Below, in pieces: positions 29,124 through 38,367 of a stretch of DNA of 64,000 bases. Numbering within the stretch: position 1 is the stretch's first letter; each line of letters begins with the position of its first letter. The position numbers and the translations under genes are program-made. Location: the NCBI GenBank assembly GCA_965205265.1, contig CBDBGH010000003.1, forward strand, positions 2,464,001 to 2,528,000, given 5' to 3'. Below the pieces are notes generated by a model, which searched no databases, was not told the DNA's origin, and saw only the letters and a program-made list of their open reading frames with translations. The stretch comes from Alphaproteobacteria bacterium. Lineage in GTDB: Bacteria > Pseudomonadota > Alphaproteobacteria > Bin95.

Positions 29124-30569
29124 CTATTGCGCCCCCGCCGCGTGGCGGCCGGCGCGGCGGCCGAACACGGCGCCGCGCATGACGGAGGTGGCGCCCGTAT
29201 AGTCGCCGTAGTAGAGCCCGGCGGTCTCGCCCGCCGCGTAGAGGCCGGGGATCGGGTCGCCGTCGAGGTCGATCACGCGCCCGTTCCTGTCGATGCGCAG
29301 GCCGCCGAAGGTGAAGCAGTTGGCGCAGATCACCGGCCAGACGCGGAAGGGCGGCCGGAGGAGCGGCCGGGCCCAGTTGCTCTTCGCCGGGCGGAGCCCC
29401 CGCGTGGCGAGGCCGTCCGGCCCGTCCGGGCGGAAGGCGGATGCATCCTCCGGGCAGGCGTCGTTATAGGCGGAAAGCGTCGCCGCGAGCGCCGCCGGGT
29501 CGAGGCCGGCCGCTTCGGCCAGCGCCCCGACCGTCGGCGCTTCCAGCGGCTTGCGGTCGCTGCGCACCGTCACCCGCCAGTGCGGCGCATCCTCGAGCCC
29601 GGCGTCGAACACCGCCCAGGCAAGGCCCTCCGGCTGCTCCAGCACGGCGCGCGCGACCCGCTCATAGCCGGCATCGACCGGCCCGGCCGCCTCGTCCGTG
29701 AAGCGCGCGCCCTCTCGGTTCACCAGCACGCCGTAGCCGTAATGCAGCACCACCGGCTCGATGGCCCCGGAGCGCGGATCGACCGGCTGCGCATGGAACG
29801 CGCCGAACTCGCCCGCCGGCGCGGCGCCCGCGGCAAGCCCCATCGCCACGCCCTCGCCCCGGTTGTAATAGCCGCCGCGCGCTACCGGCCGCGTCCATTG
29901 CGCCTTCGGCCCGATATAGCGCGCCAGCATTTCGGGATTGCCCTCGAAGCCGCCGCACGCCAGCACGACTCGGCCGAGGAAATGGCCGGGCCGGCCGCGC
30001 TGCACCGCCTCGATGCCGACGATCCCGCCCTCGTCGCTGAGCACAAGGCCCCGCGCGGCGGTTTCGTAGAAGAAGCGCACGCCGCGCCGCTCCGCCTCCG
30101 CCGCCAGCGCCTCCACCAGCGCCAGGCTCCCGCCGACCGGCGCAATCCTTGTGGTGGACTGGTAGGGGAAATATGTGGGCAGGAAGTCCCAGCGAACGCC
30201 GAACCCTTCCAGCCAGCGCAGCGTCGGGCCGGCGTCCTCGCCCCAGACGCGGATCAGCTCCGGGTCGGTGAAGCCGAAGGCGCGCAGCGGGCGCGGCCAG
30301 TCCTCGTAAGCGCGGCCCGCGTCCTTCACGAATTCCGGGTCGAAATGCCCGCCGGCGTTGCTTGCCAGCCTTTCGTCGAAATCGTGCGCGACCGTGTCGC
30401 GGTCCCGCATCCGCCAGAAGCTCTCCGTGTAGCGGGTGTTGCCGCCCCGCTCCTCTTCTGCCGCCCGTTCCAGCACCGCCACGGACGCGCCCGCCTCCAG
30501 CGCCGAGACGGCCGCCGACAGGCCCGCAATGCCCGATCCGACGACCACAACATCGAAAGATCCGCCCAT
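29124..30569 (-). CDS. FAD-dependent oxidoreductase, TcuA/flavocytochrome-like
   Basis: VVGSGIAG, RGGNTRYT, LACGGFEGN, FTFGGL, GLYAAGE. Confidence 0.85.
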   Translation of the reverse strand: MGGSFDVVVVGSGIAGLSAAVSALEAGASVAVLERAAEEERGGNTRYTESFWRMRDRDTVAHDFDERLASNAGGHFDPEFVKDAGRAYEDWPRPLRAFGFTDPELIRVWGEDAGPTLRWLEGFGVRWDFLPTYFPYQSTTRIAPVGGSLALVEALAAEAERRGVRFFYETAARGLVLSDEGGIVGIEAVQRGRPGHFLGRVVLACGGFEGNPEMLARYIGPKAQWTRPVARGGYYNRGEGVAMGLAAGAAPAGEFGAFHAQPVDPRSGAIEPVVLHYGYGVLVNREGARFTDEAAGPVDAGYERVARAVLEQPEGLAWAVFDAGLEDAPHWRVTVRSDRKPLEAPTVGALAEAAGLDPAALAATLSAYNDACPEDASAFRPDGPDGLATRGLRPAKSNWARPLLRPPFRVWPVICANCFTFGGLRIDRNGRVIDLDGDPIPGLYAAGETAGLYYGDYTGATSVMRGAVFGRRAGRHAAGAQ

Positions 30570-30650
30570 GGGCCGCGACCATAGCCCGGACGGCGCCCGG
30601 CCGCACACCCGTCCTTGCCTCCGCCGCCCGCGGCGGCGAGAGTGCGGGCC

Positions 30651-31586
30651 ATGACCGTGCGCGACCCCCTTGCCGCAACCGACATCCGCATCCGGGGCGC
30701 CTGGGAGCGGACGATCCCGCTTCGGTTCGTGCCCTATTCGCGGCTCGCGCGCTGGGACCGGCCCATCGGCGCCTGGCTGCTGCTGCTACCCTGCTGGTGG
30801 GGCGCGGCGCTGGCAGTGGCGGGCGCGCCCGGCTTCTCCGCGCCCGACACGCTTTGGCTGTTCGCGCTGTTCGCCGTCGGCGCCTTTGCGATGCGGGGGG
30901 CGGGCTGCACCTGGAACGACATCGTGGACCGGGACTTCGACGCCCGCGTCTCGCGCACCGCGATCCGCCCCCTGCCGGCCGGCCACACCACCGTCTTCCG
31001 CGCTTGGGCGTTCATCGTGCTGCAGTGTGCGGCCGGGCTCGCCGTGCTGCTGGCGCTGGAGCCGGGCGCGGTCCTGGTAGGGCTCGGCTCGATCCCGCTG
31101 GTGCTGGCCTATCCTTTCATGAAGCGGGTGAGCCACTGGCCGCAGGCCTGGCTCGGCCTCACCTTCAACTGGGGCGCGCTGGTCGGCTGGGCGGCGGTCC
31201 AGGGCGAGGTCTCGGGGCCGGCCTATGCGCTCTACGCCGCCGGCATCGCCTGGACGCTCGGCTACGACACCGTCTATGCCCACCAGGACAAGGAGGACGA
31301 TGCGCTGGTGGGCGTGAAATCGACGGCGCTGCTGTTCGGCGCGCGCACCCGGCCCTGGGTCGCGGGCTTCTACGCCGCCGCGCTCGCCCTGCTGGCGCTC
31401 GCCGGCTGGCTGGCGGCGCTGGGCTGGCCGTTCTACGCGGGCCTCGGAGCCGTCGCGGTCCAGTTCGCCTGGCAGGTCCGCAGCCTCGACATCGACGACC
31501 CGGACCGCTGCCTCGCCATCTTCAAGTCGAACCGGCTCGGAGGTTTGCTAGTGCTCGCCAGCATCGCGCTCGGCATGACGGTTTAG
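30651..31586 (+). CDS. ubiA: 4-hydroxybenzoate polyprenyltransferase
   Basis: RWDRPIG, MRGAGCTWNDIVDRDFD, YPFMKR, YDTVYAHQDKEDD. Confidence 0.95.
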   Translation: MTVRDPLAATDIRIRGAWERTIPLRFVPYSRLARWDRPIGAWLLLLPCWWGAALAVAGAPGFSAPDTLWLFALFAVGAFAMRGAGCTWNDIVDRDFDARVSRTAIRPLPAGHTTVFRAWAFIVLQCAAGLAVLLALEPGAVLVGLGSIPLVLAYPFMKRVSHWPQAWLGLTFNWGALVGWAAVQGEVSGPAYALYAAGIAWTLGYDTVYAHQDKEDDALVGVKSTALLFGARTRPWVAGFYAAALALLALAGWLAALGWPFYAGLGAVAVQFAWQVRSLDIDDPDRCLAIFKSNRLGGLLVLASIALGMTV

Positions 31587-32324
31587 CCCCAGCGCCGACG
31601 CCAGCGCGTCGCCGATGCGGCCGGCCCAGAGGGCGGCGCCGGCCTCGTCGCGGATGAGGTCGTTGCGGATCTCCAGGCCGAGATGCGGGATGCCGCGCGG
31701 CTCGGCATGACGGCGGGTGGTGTAGCCGCGCCGCGAGCGGCCGGAATAGGGAAGATTGTCGCCGACGAGGATGCCGGGCTCCGCCAGCGCCGCCATGAAC
31801 GGCCGGGCGAGCTCCTCGCTCTCGTTCCAGAAGGTGCCGACATGCCAGGGCCGCAGGTCGCCGCCGGCCAGGCGCGGCGTGAAGCTGTGGACCGAGACGA
31901 AGGCCCGGAGCGCGCCGCAGCCGTCCAGCATGTCCTCGATCGCGGCGTGGTAGGGCTCGAACAGCGCGTCCCGGCGCCAGGCGCGCGCGGCGGCGTCGAG
32001 GCCCCGATTGCCGGGCACGGGCACGCCGTCGCTCTCCTCCAGAATCGAGGTCGGGTCGTCCGGGTCGCGGTTGCAGTCCATGGCGAGGCGCGAATAGCCG
32101 GAGAAGGCCGCCGGGGCCTCGAAGCGCGCCGCCAGCAGCGCCGCGACGGCAGCCGCGCCCGGGTCCCAGCCGATATGGTGGCGAAGCTCGGCCCCGGATA
32201 CGCCGAGATCGCCGAGCCGGGCCGGCAGCACATGGCTCGCATGGTCGCAGACGAAGGCCACGGGCGAGTCCGTCCGCCCGGGCCTCACGCGGAACGGCGG
32301 CGGGTCTCCGGGGGCGAGCGTCAT
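31548..32324 (-). CDS. N-formylglutamate amidohydrolase family protein
   Basis: CDHAS, HIGWDPG, SRLAMDCNR, PYH, SVHSFTP, EIRNDL. Confidence 0.9.
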   Translation of the reverse strand: MTLAPGDPPPFRVRPGRTDSPVAFVCDHASHVLPARLGDLGVSGAELRHHIGWDPGAAAVAALLAARFEAPAAFSGYSRLAMDCNRDPDDPTSILEESDGVPVPGNRGLDAAARAWRRDALFEPYHAAIEDMLDGCGALRAFVSVHSFTPRLAGGDLRPWHVGTFWNESEELARPFMAALAEPGILVGDNLPYSGRSRRGYTTRRHAEPRGIPHLGLEIRNDLIRDEAGAALWAGRIGDALASALGLNRHAERDAGEH

Positions 32325-32392
32325 GCGAAGCGCCCGCCTTCCGGTCCGGGCTTCATCGCGGCAGGATGCAGGCGCCCCGCCGGGAGACCGCC

Positions 32393-33310
32393 ATGCCCGA
32401 TGCCGACCTGCCGATCGTCGATGCCCACCACCATCTCTGGGACCTGGGCGCGCTCCGCTATCCGTGGCTTCACGACCCGGAGCCGCATGGCGGGTTCTTC
32501 CTCGGCGACTATGCCCCGCTCCGCCGGAACTACCTGCCGGCGGACTACCGCCGCGACGCCGCCGGCCACAATGTCGTCGCGACCGTCCATGTCGAGGCGG
32601 AATGCGACCGGAGCCTCCAGGTCGAGGAGACCCTCTGGGTGGACGGCATCGCCGAGGAGCACGGCATGCCGGCCGCCATTGTCGGCCATGTCTGGTTCCA
32701 CAGGGAGGACTGCGCGGAGGTGCTGGAGCGCCACATCGCCGCCTCCCCGCGCTTCCGGGGCGTGCGCTCCAAGCCGGCGACCGCGGCCCGGCCGGGCCTT
32801 TCGGTGCAGGGCCGGCCCGGCACGATGCAGGACGAAGCCTGGCTCCGGGGCTTCGCGCTGCTGGAGCGCTACGGCCTTTCCTGGGACCTGCGCGTGCCGG
32901 CCTGGCATCTGGAGGAGGCGGCCGACGTCGCCCGCGCTTTCCCCGCCATTCCCGTCGTGCTCAACCACACGGGCTTTCCCTGGGACCGCTCGCCGGAAGG
33001 GCTCGACCTCTGGCGGCGCGGCATGGCGGCGCTCGCGGCCTGCCCGAATGTCTCGGTCAAGCTCTCCTGCCTTTGCTTGCCGGACGGCCCCTGGCGCGAG
33101 GAGGAGAACGGCCCGCTCGTGCGCGAGACGATCCGCCTGTTCGGCGCGGACCGTTGCATGTTCGCGAGCAACTTCCCGGTGGACGGGCTGAGGACCGGTT
33201 TCAGCGCCATGATGAGCGCCTACAAGCGCATGGTCCGCGACCTGCCGGCTGCGGACCGGCGCGCCCTCTTCCACGACACGGCCGCCCGCTTCTACCGCCT
33301 CGACGCATGA
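32393..33310 (+). CDS. Amidohydrolase_2 family protein (lactonase-like)
   Basis: IVDAHHHLWD, TVHVEA, VLNHTG, RCMFASNFPVD. Confidence 0.9.
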   Translation: MPDADLPIVDAHHHLWDLGALRYPWLHDPEPHGGFFLGDYAPLRRNYLPADYRRDAAGHNVVATVHVEAECDRSLQVEETLWVDGIAEEHGMPAAIVGHVWFHREDCAEVLERHIAASPRFRGVRSKPATAARPGLSVQGRPGTMQDEAWLRGFALLERYGLSWDLRVPAWHLEEAADVARAFPAIPVVLNHTGFPWDRSPEGLDLWRRGMAALAACPNVSVKLSCLCLPDGPWREEENGPLVRETIRLFGADRCMFASNFPVDGLRTGFSAMMSAYKRMVRDLPAADRRALFHDTAARFYRLDA

Positions 33311-33549
33311 CGGCCGGCGGATTCGCGCATCGGTCTGGAGCTTTTCCATTGGCGGGACTGTATCCGGAGCCCGCCCGCAGGCCCCGCTGAGCCCCGACCG
33401 GCGCCCCGGCGGGCTACGATACGGCTGCGGATGTTACACCGGGTCGGTTGCAGGCCGCCAGAGCGGATAAAGTGCATGGGCGGCGCCGCGCGGTTGCGCC
33501 GCCCATGCAGCGGCGGGAAAGCCGGAGGAGGACCTTCCCGCCGTTCGGC

Positions 33550-34557
33550 TCAGCCGTCGTAGTCCACCCGGTCCACCATCCGGCCGGCTTCCCCGCGCAG
33601 TTCCGCCACGCGGGCGAGCGGCAGGTCGTCCGCCTTGAAGGCCGTGAGCCTTTCGGGGTCTGCGACACCGGGCTTCACCGGATATTCGCCGTTCACCCTG
33701 GCATAGATGTTCTGGCCTTCCTCGCCGGACGCGAATTCGAGCAGTGCTATCGCGTTGTCGCGATTGGGCGCGCCCTTCACCAGCGAGGCGCCGGAAATGT
33801 TGACATGCGCGCCGCGCCCGGCCTGGTTCGGGAAGACCACCCTGACCGACTCGGCCCAGTCCCTCTGCTTCGGGTCGTCCAGCATCTTGTGGTAGTAATA
33901 GTGGTTGCCGATGGAGACATCGCACTCGCCGGCATGGATGGCCTTGACCTGCGCGCGGTCATTGCCCTGAGGCCGGCGCGCCAGATTCGCCTTCAGGCCG
34001 GCCAGCCAGTCCTTCGCCTTTTCCTCGCCGTGATGCGCGATCATCGAGGCGGCCAGCGCAATCATATACGCATGCTTTCCGCTGCGCGTGCAGATGCGCC
34101 CCTTCCATTCCGGGTCCGTGAGTTGCTCATAGGTCCCGATGCCGCCTTCCGGCACGCGGTCCTTCGAGACGAAGAAGAGGCGCGCGCGGGTCGTCAGCCC
34201 GTACCAGTTGCCGTCCGGGTCGCGCAGGGAGGCGGGGATGTTGGCCGAGAGCGTACCGGTCTTGACGGGCTCCACGACGCCGGCCTTCACCGCGTCGTGG
34301 AGCCGGCCGATATCCACGGTGAAGATCAGGTCCGCCGGGCTTGCCGTTCCCTCGGTCCTGAGCCGTTCGACCAGACCCCTCTTCGCGAAGACGACATTGA
34401 CCGCGATGCCGGTCTTGTCGGTGAACGCCTTGAACAACGGCTCGACGAGAAAGGGCTGGCGGTAGGAATAGACATTGACGTCGGTCGCCTGTGCCGACGC
34501 GGCCGCGATGGCTGCGATTCCGGCAGCCGCAGCGATTTCAACAATCCGGCTACGCAT
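33550..34557 (-). CDS. Fe(3+) ABC transporter substrate-binding protein (FutA/FbpA-like)
   Basis: Signal peptide, VYSYRQ, ICTRSGKHAY, PQGNDR, NHYY, HVNISG, NGEYP. Confidence 0.9.
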   Translation of the reverse strand: MRSRIVEIAAAAGIAAIAAASAQATDVNVYSYRQPFLVEPLFKAFTDKTGIAVNVVFAKRGLVERLRTEGTASPADLIFTVDIGRLHDAVKAGVVEPVKTGTLSANIPASLRDPDGNWYGLTTRARLFFVSKDRVPEGGIGTYEQLTDPEWKGRICTRSGKHAYMIALAASMIAHHGEEKAKDWLAGLKANLARRPQGNDRAQVKAIHAGECDVSIGNHYYYHKMLDDPKQRDWAESVRVVFPNQAGRGAHVNISGASLVKGAPNRDNAIALLEFASGEEGQNIYARVNGEYPVKPGVADPERLTAFKADDLPLARVAELRGEAGRMVDRVDYDG

Positions 34558-34584
34558 TGCTTCCTCCGCATACTGATATGCGAT

Positions 34585-34644
34585 TGATAGTCATTCGCAA
34601 ATATACAATGCTGCCAGGAACGCGCAAGATGCGAACACTTCTCA
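34585..34644. promoter_or_regulatory. Two Fur-like boxes upstream of the iron-binding protein
   Basis: TGATAGTCATTCGCA (34585-34599) and TGCGAACACTTCTCA (34630-34644), 7-1-7-like, in an AT-rich promoter. Confidence 0.55.
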
Positions 34645-34804
34645 TTATCGCGACAAAGCAGCACAGTTGCCGGACAGCCGGAGGCATGTCCCGGCCGAGC
34701 CCGCCCTTGTCGCCCTGCTAACGGTCAGGCGCGGTCGAACTCTTCGGCCGGATTGCAGGAGGCCGGCCGGCGGCTCACCGCCCGCCCGAAGGCCGGGGCT
34801 GGCT

Positions 34805-35905
34805 TTATGCTGCGGTGGCGGCCTCTGGCTTGAGGTGGCTCACCCGCGGCAGCACCTCGTTCATCAGCAGGCCCATGGAGGTGCGCCAGGCTTCCGGCTT
34901 GTCGGCGTAGTCGAAGCAGAACAGCAGCAGCTGCCCGAAGCCGCCAACATCGTCATAGACCGCCTCCAGCTTCTCGGCGACGGTCTCCGGCGAGCCGACC
35001 AGCCAGTTGTGCTTCGCGCAGTATTCCGGCGTCACGTCGCTGTCCGGCACGTCCCGGTCGTGCTTCAGGAACTCCAGGAAGCCGAAATTGGCGAGCAGCG
35101 GCAGGAAGTAGTCCCCCATCATCCGGCCCATCATGTCGCCGACCGAGAGCCGCCAAGCCTCCTCGTCCGTCTCGGCGACGAACACCTCGCGCACCATGCG
35201 CCACTCGCCGCGGTCGGCGGTGCGCCCGGCCCTCGCCGCGCCCTCCTCCACAGCGTCCCAGTGGCTGCCGACATAGGCCGGGTTCAGGTTCAGGCTCATC
35301 GGCAGGAAGCCGCGCTCGCCGGCGAGCTTGAGCGTGTCGGAGTTCTTGGAGAGGCCTGCGACGCCGATGGGCGGATGCGGCTTCTGCAGGGGAAACAGGT
35401 GCGGGCGCAGGAAGCCGAACATCTCCGCGCCCTTGGTCACATGCCAGAACCTGCCCTTGTAGTCGAACTCCGGCTCGTCCGACCAGAGCCGCAGGATGAT
35501 GTCGAGCGCCTCGCGGGTCATGTCGCGGTTCTCGCCGGACATGCCGTCCACATTGAACATCTGCCAGTCGCTCGGCAGTCCGCTTGCGGCGACGCCGAAA
35601 TTGAGCCGCCCCTGGCTCAGCCGGTCCATCATCGCAATCCGGTTGGCGAGCTCGGCCGGGTGGTGGTAGGGCAGCAGGAAGCCGCCGGGGCCGAGCCGGA
35701 TGGTCTCCGTCTGCCGGAGGCCCTCGATCACCAGGAAATCGGGCGCGGGATGCGGCTCCCAGGGCGCGGTGTGGTGCTCGCCGATCCAGCCCTCGGTGAA
35801 GCCGAGTTCGTCCGCCCAGCGGATGTGCTGGAGGTCCCATTCGTGGCCCTCGCGCAGGTCGCGCTCGGGCGGGTGCGAGGGCATGCTGAAAAAGCCGATC
35901 TCCAT
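34805..35905 (-). CDS. LLM-class flavin-dependent monooxygenase
   Basis: ADELGFTEGWIGEHH, LLPYHHP, SQGRLNFG, PLQKPHPPI, VGSPETV. Confidence 0.92.
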   Translation of the reverse strand: MEIGFFSMPSHPPERDLREGHEWDLQHIRWADELGFTEGWIGEHHTAPWEPHPAPDFLVIEGLRQTETIRLGPGGFLLPYHHPAELANRIAMMDRLSQGRLNFGVAASGLPSDWQMFNVDGMSGENRDMTREALDIILRLWSDEPEFDYKGRFWHVTKGAEMFGFLRPHLFPLQKPHPPIGVAGLSKNSDTLKLAGERGFLPMSLNLNPAYVGSHWDAVEEGAARAGRTADRGEWRMVREVFVAETDEEAWRLSVGDMMGRMMGDYFLPLLANFGFLEFLKHDRDVPDSDVTPEYCAKHNWLVGSPETVAEKLEAVYDDVGGFGQLLLFCFDYADKPEAWRTSMGLLMNEVLPRVSHLKPEAATAA

Positions 35906-35981
35906 CGGGGCGTATCCTCTCGTCGTCGCTGTGCCGGCGCCCGGCAGACGGATGAAACTTTCGGGGCGCGCGCGTGCGGAG

Positions 35982-37160
35982 TCAATCGGCCTCCGGCACC
36001 CGCACCAGCCAGCGATGGGCGGAGAAGGACACCAGCCCGCAGACCGCGACCGTGAGCGCGAGCGGCAGCGCCGTGCCGTCATGGAACTGGCCGACAGCGA
36101 GGCCGGACAGCGTGCCGAGCGCGAAATGCCCCGCGCCGATGAGCGCGATCGCGGTGCCGGCGAGCTCCGCCTTGTCGGCCGTCGCGATGACGATGGTGTT
36201 GGCGGCGATCAGGTTGAGCGCGAACATGAAACAGAGGAGCGCGGCGACAATGGCGGCGAGGCTCCCGGGAAGCAGCAGGACGACAAGGACCAGCGCAAGG
36301 CCGGCCGCCAGCAGCAGGCGCGTGCCTGCGGTCATCATGCCGGCGGGCCCGACGCGCGCGACCAGCCGGCGGTTGGTCCAGGCGCCGGCCATGATCGCCA
36401 GGATATGGACCGCGAACAGCAGCCCGTAGGTTTGCGGCGAGACGCCGAACACCTCCATGAACACGAAGGGCGTGCCGGAGATATAGGCGAACATGCCGGC
36501 GAAGGCGCCGCCGCTTGCGAGCGCGCAGCCGAGCGTCCGCCGCTCTGAGACGAGCCGGGCGTAGTTCACGAAGATCGAGCCGAGGCCCGCGCGGATGCGC
36601 GTCTCGGGAGGCCGCGTCTCCGGGAGCAGGAAGAGGACCGCCAGCAGCGCCAGCGCGCCCCAGCCGGCCAGGATCAGGAAGATCGCGCGCCAGTCGGCGA
36701 ACAGCAGCACCTGCGCGCCGAGCGAGGGCGCCAGCAGGGGCGCGGCCGCCATGATGAGCATGAGCGTGGAGAGCATGCGCGCGGCTTCCGCGCCCGAATG
36801 GCGGTCGCGCACGCAGGCCCGCGCGATCACCGTCGCCGCCCCGCCGCCGAGCGCCTGGAGGAAGCGCGCCAGGGCGAGCGCGGCGATATCCGGCGCCAGG
36901 GCCGCGCCCGCGCTCGCCGCCAGATAGACCGAGACGCCGAAGAGCAGCATCGGCCGCCGCCCGTAGCGGTCCGACAGCGGCCCGTAGAGGAGCTGCCCGA
37001 TGCCGAAGCCGACGAAGAAGGCCGAGAGCGTGAGCTGCACGTCGCCCGCGGACGCGCCCAGCTCCCGCCCGATGGCCGGCAGGCTCGGCAGATACATGTC
37101 GATGGAAAGCGGCCCGAACGCCGCCAGCATGGCAAGCACGGGCAGGAAGAAGATGGCCAA
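35982..37160 (-). CDS. Bcr/CflA-family multidrug MFS transporter
   Basis: SIDMYLPSLP, GPLSDRYGRRP, RFLQALGG, hydrophobic helices. Confidence 0.92.
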   Translation of the reverse strand: MAIFFLPVLAMLAAFGPLSIDMYLPSLPAIGRELGASAGDVQLTLSAFFVGFGIGQLLYGPLSDRYGRRPMLLFGVSVYLAASAGAALAPDIAALALARFLQALGGGAATVIARACVRDRHSGAEAARMLSTLMLIMAAAPLLAPSLGAQVLLFADWRAIFLILAGWGALALLAVLFLLPETRPPETRIRAGLGSIFVNYARLVSERRTLGCALASGGAFAGMFAYISGTPFVFMEVFGVSPQTYGLLFAVHILAIMAGAWTNRRLVARVGPAGMMTAGTRLLLAAGLALVLVVLLLPGSLAAIVAALLCFMFALNLIAANTIVIATADKAELAGTAIALIGAGHFALGTLSGLAVGQFHDGTALPLALTVAVCGLVSFSAHRWLVRVPEAD

Positions 37161-37262
37161 GGCTTTCCCGGGATGCTGCGGGAAACGGGGAAATTAGGCG
37201 GCGCTTGCGCGGCGGCAAGGCGGGGGTAGAGAGACGCTCAACGCCGCAATCGTCGCCTCCGG

Positions 37263-37727
37263 CTATTCTTTTCGGATGATGACCGAACCCGTCCGGCCGT
37301 CATAAGTCATCGTGAACGCCTGGAGGAAATGCCGGCCTATCAGTGCCAGATGCTGCTGTCCGCCAGCCTTCAGGTGAACGCCGGCGAATTCGCCGTAAAC
37401 GACATGCTGCAAGGTTGGAATGTAGATCTGTGCCAAGTGCATGTTGACTTCTTGGGCTCCGTGAACGCCAGCCACAGGCTTCCGGTCCACTACAGGCAGA
37501 TCGAGCAGCACCGCTAGATCGGAGTCGATGCAGCTTAGAGAAGCGCCGGTATCCACGAGCCCCGGATGAAGGCTGGATGGTAGCGCCGGCAAACGTCCTA
37601 TCCCGGGTCGATATTGTTCATCGAACCCAATCTGGACTCCCAGCGTAGGACCGAGGATAAGAAGCAGATCGGATGCAGCCTCGACCGACATCTCCATCTG
37701 CGCCGTCCCGCATTGCACTTCAAGCAT
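37263..37727 (-). CDS. Retropepsin-like aspartyl protease
   Basis: GLVDTGASLSCID and ALIGRHFL motifs; start overlaps the upstream stop. Confidence 0.85.
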   Translation of the reverse strand: MLEVQCGTAQMEMSVEAASDLLLILGPTLGVQIGFDEQYRPGIGRLPALPSSLHPGLVDTGASLSCIDSDLAVLLDLPVVDRKPVAGVHGAQEVNMHLAQIYIPTLQHVVYGEFAGVHLKAGGQQHLALIGRHFLQAFTMTYDGRTGSVIIRKE

Positions 37728-37962
37728 GCGTTGGAACGTACAAGACGGATGCAGGCAAGGCGACGGGCCCTTCCCCAACTTTTCTGATCAGGTAAGGCCC
37801 GCGCCCGAACTGTTCCACAGCGAACTCCGCAGCCGCCTCGAAGGTATCGAAGCTTCCGGTCAATTCCAGATTGTGGATAACCACCCACCGTCCTAGGTGC
37901 TCAGTCTCAAGCACACCGCGCATTCGATCATACGCTGCGATCTCGTCATTCAATGTCGCCAT
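37720..37962 (-). CDS. Small DUF5678-like protein
   Basis: LETEHLGRWVVIH..ELTGSFDTFEAA...FGRGPYLIRKVG. Confidence 0.7.
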   Translation of the reverse strand: MATLNDEIAAYDRMRGVLETEHLGRWVVIHNLELTGSFDTFEAAAEFAVEQFGRGPYLIRKVGEGPVALPASVLYVPTHA

Positions 37963-38249
37963 CGCCCGCCTCCGCACCAACCCATGCAAGAATGCCGGGG
38001 CTTCGTTAAGCCGTAAAGTCATAGTAATGGTGTGCATGTGCCTGTGGCGATACGAAATCCTGTTGTCGTTCGCTCGTCACCAACTATGGCATTCAAATTC
38101 CTGTCCGTCGGCCGACAGGCTCGGCAGACACGCGTCGATGGACAGCGGCCCGAACCCCTTACCTCTTGCAGAATCCAGAAGACTTCGCCATACCCAGCAC
38201 ATCGTGGCACAAAAAACAGATATTTTTGCCGATCGGTATGATTATTTAG

Positions 38250-38266
38250 TTGACAGTGCCGCACTG
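38250..38266 (+). promoter_or_regulatory. TTGACA overlapped by a palindrome upstream of the DndB-like gene
   Basis: TTGACA at 38250-38255; CAGTGC-C-GCACTG at 38254-38266. Confidence 0.4.
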
Positions 38267-38367
38267 ATAGGAATATTAGGTTGAAACGGCTGGTCGAGCA
38301 CCATGTCGGCAGCCGGCTTCCAAGAGGGCGACGATGGGCGTCGCCCGCCTATAATGGAGTACCTGCC

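Noticed and set aside
37963-38367. Short ORFs in the AT-richer gap between the protease pair and the DndB-like gene, including the extended starts at 38037 and 38281
   Set aside because: No recognisable motifs; better starts with RBS-like sequences lie at 37962 and 38368.
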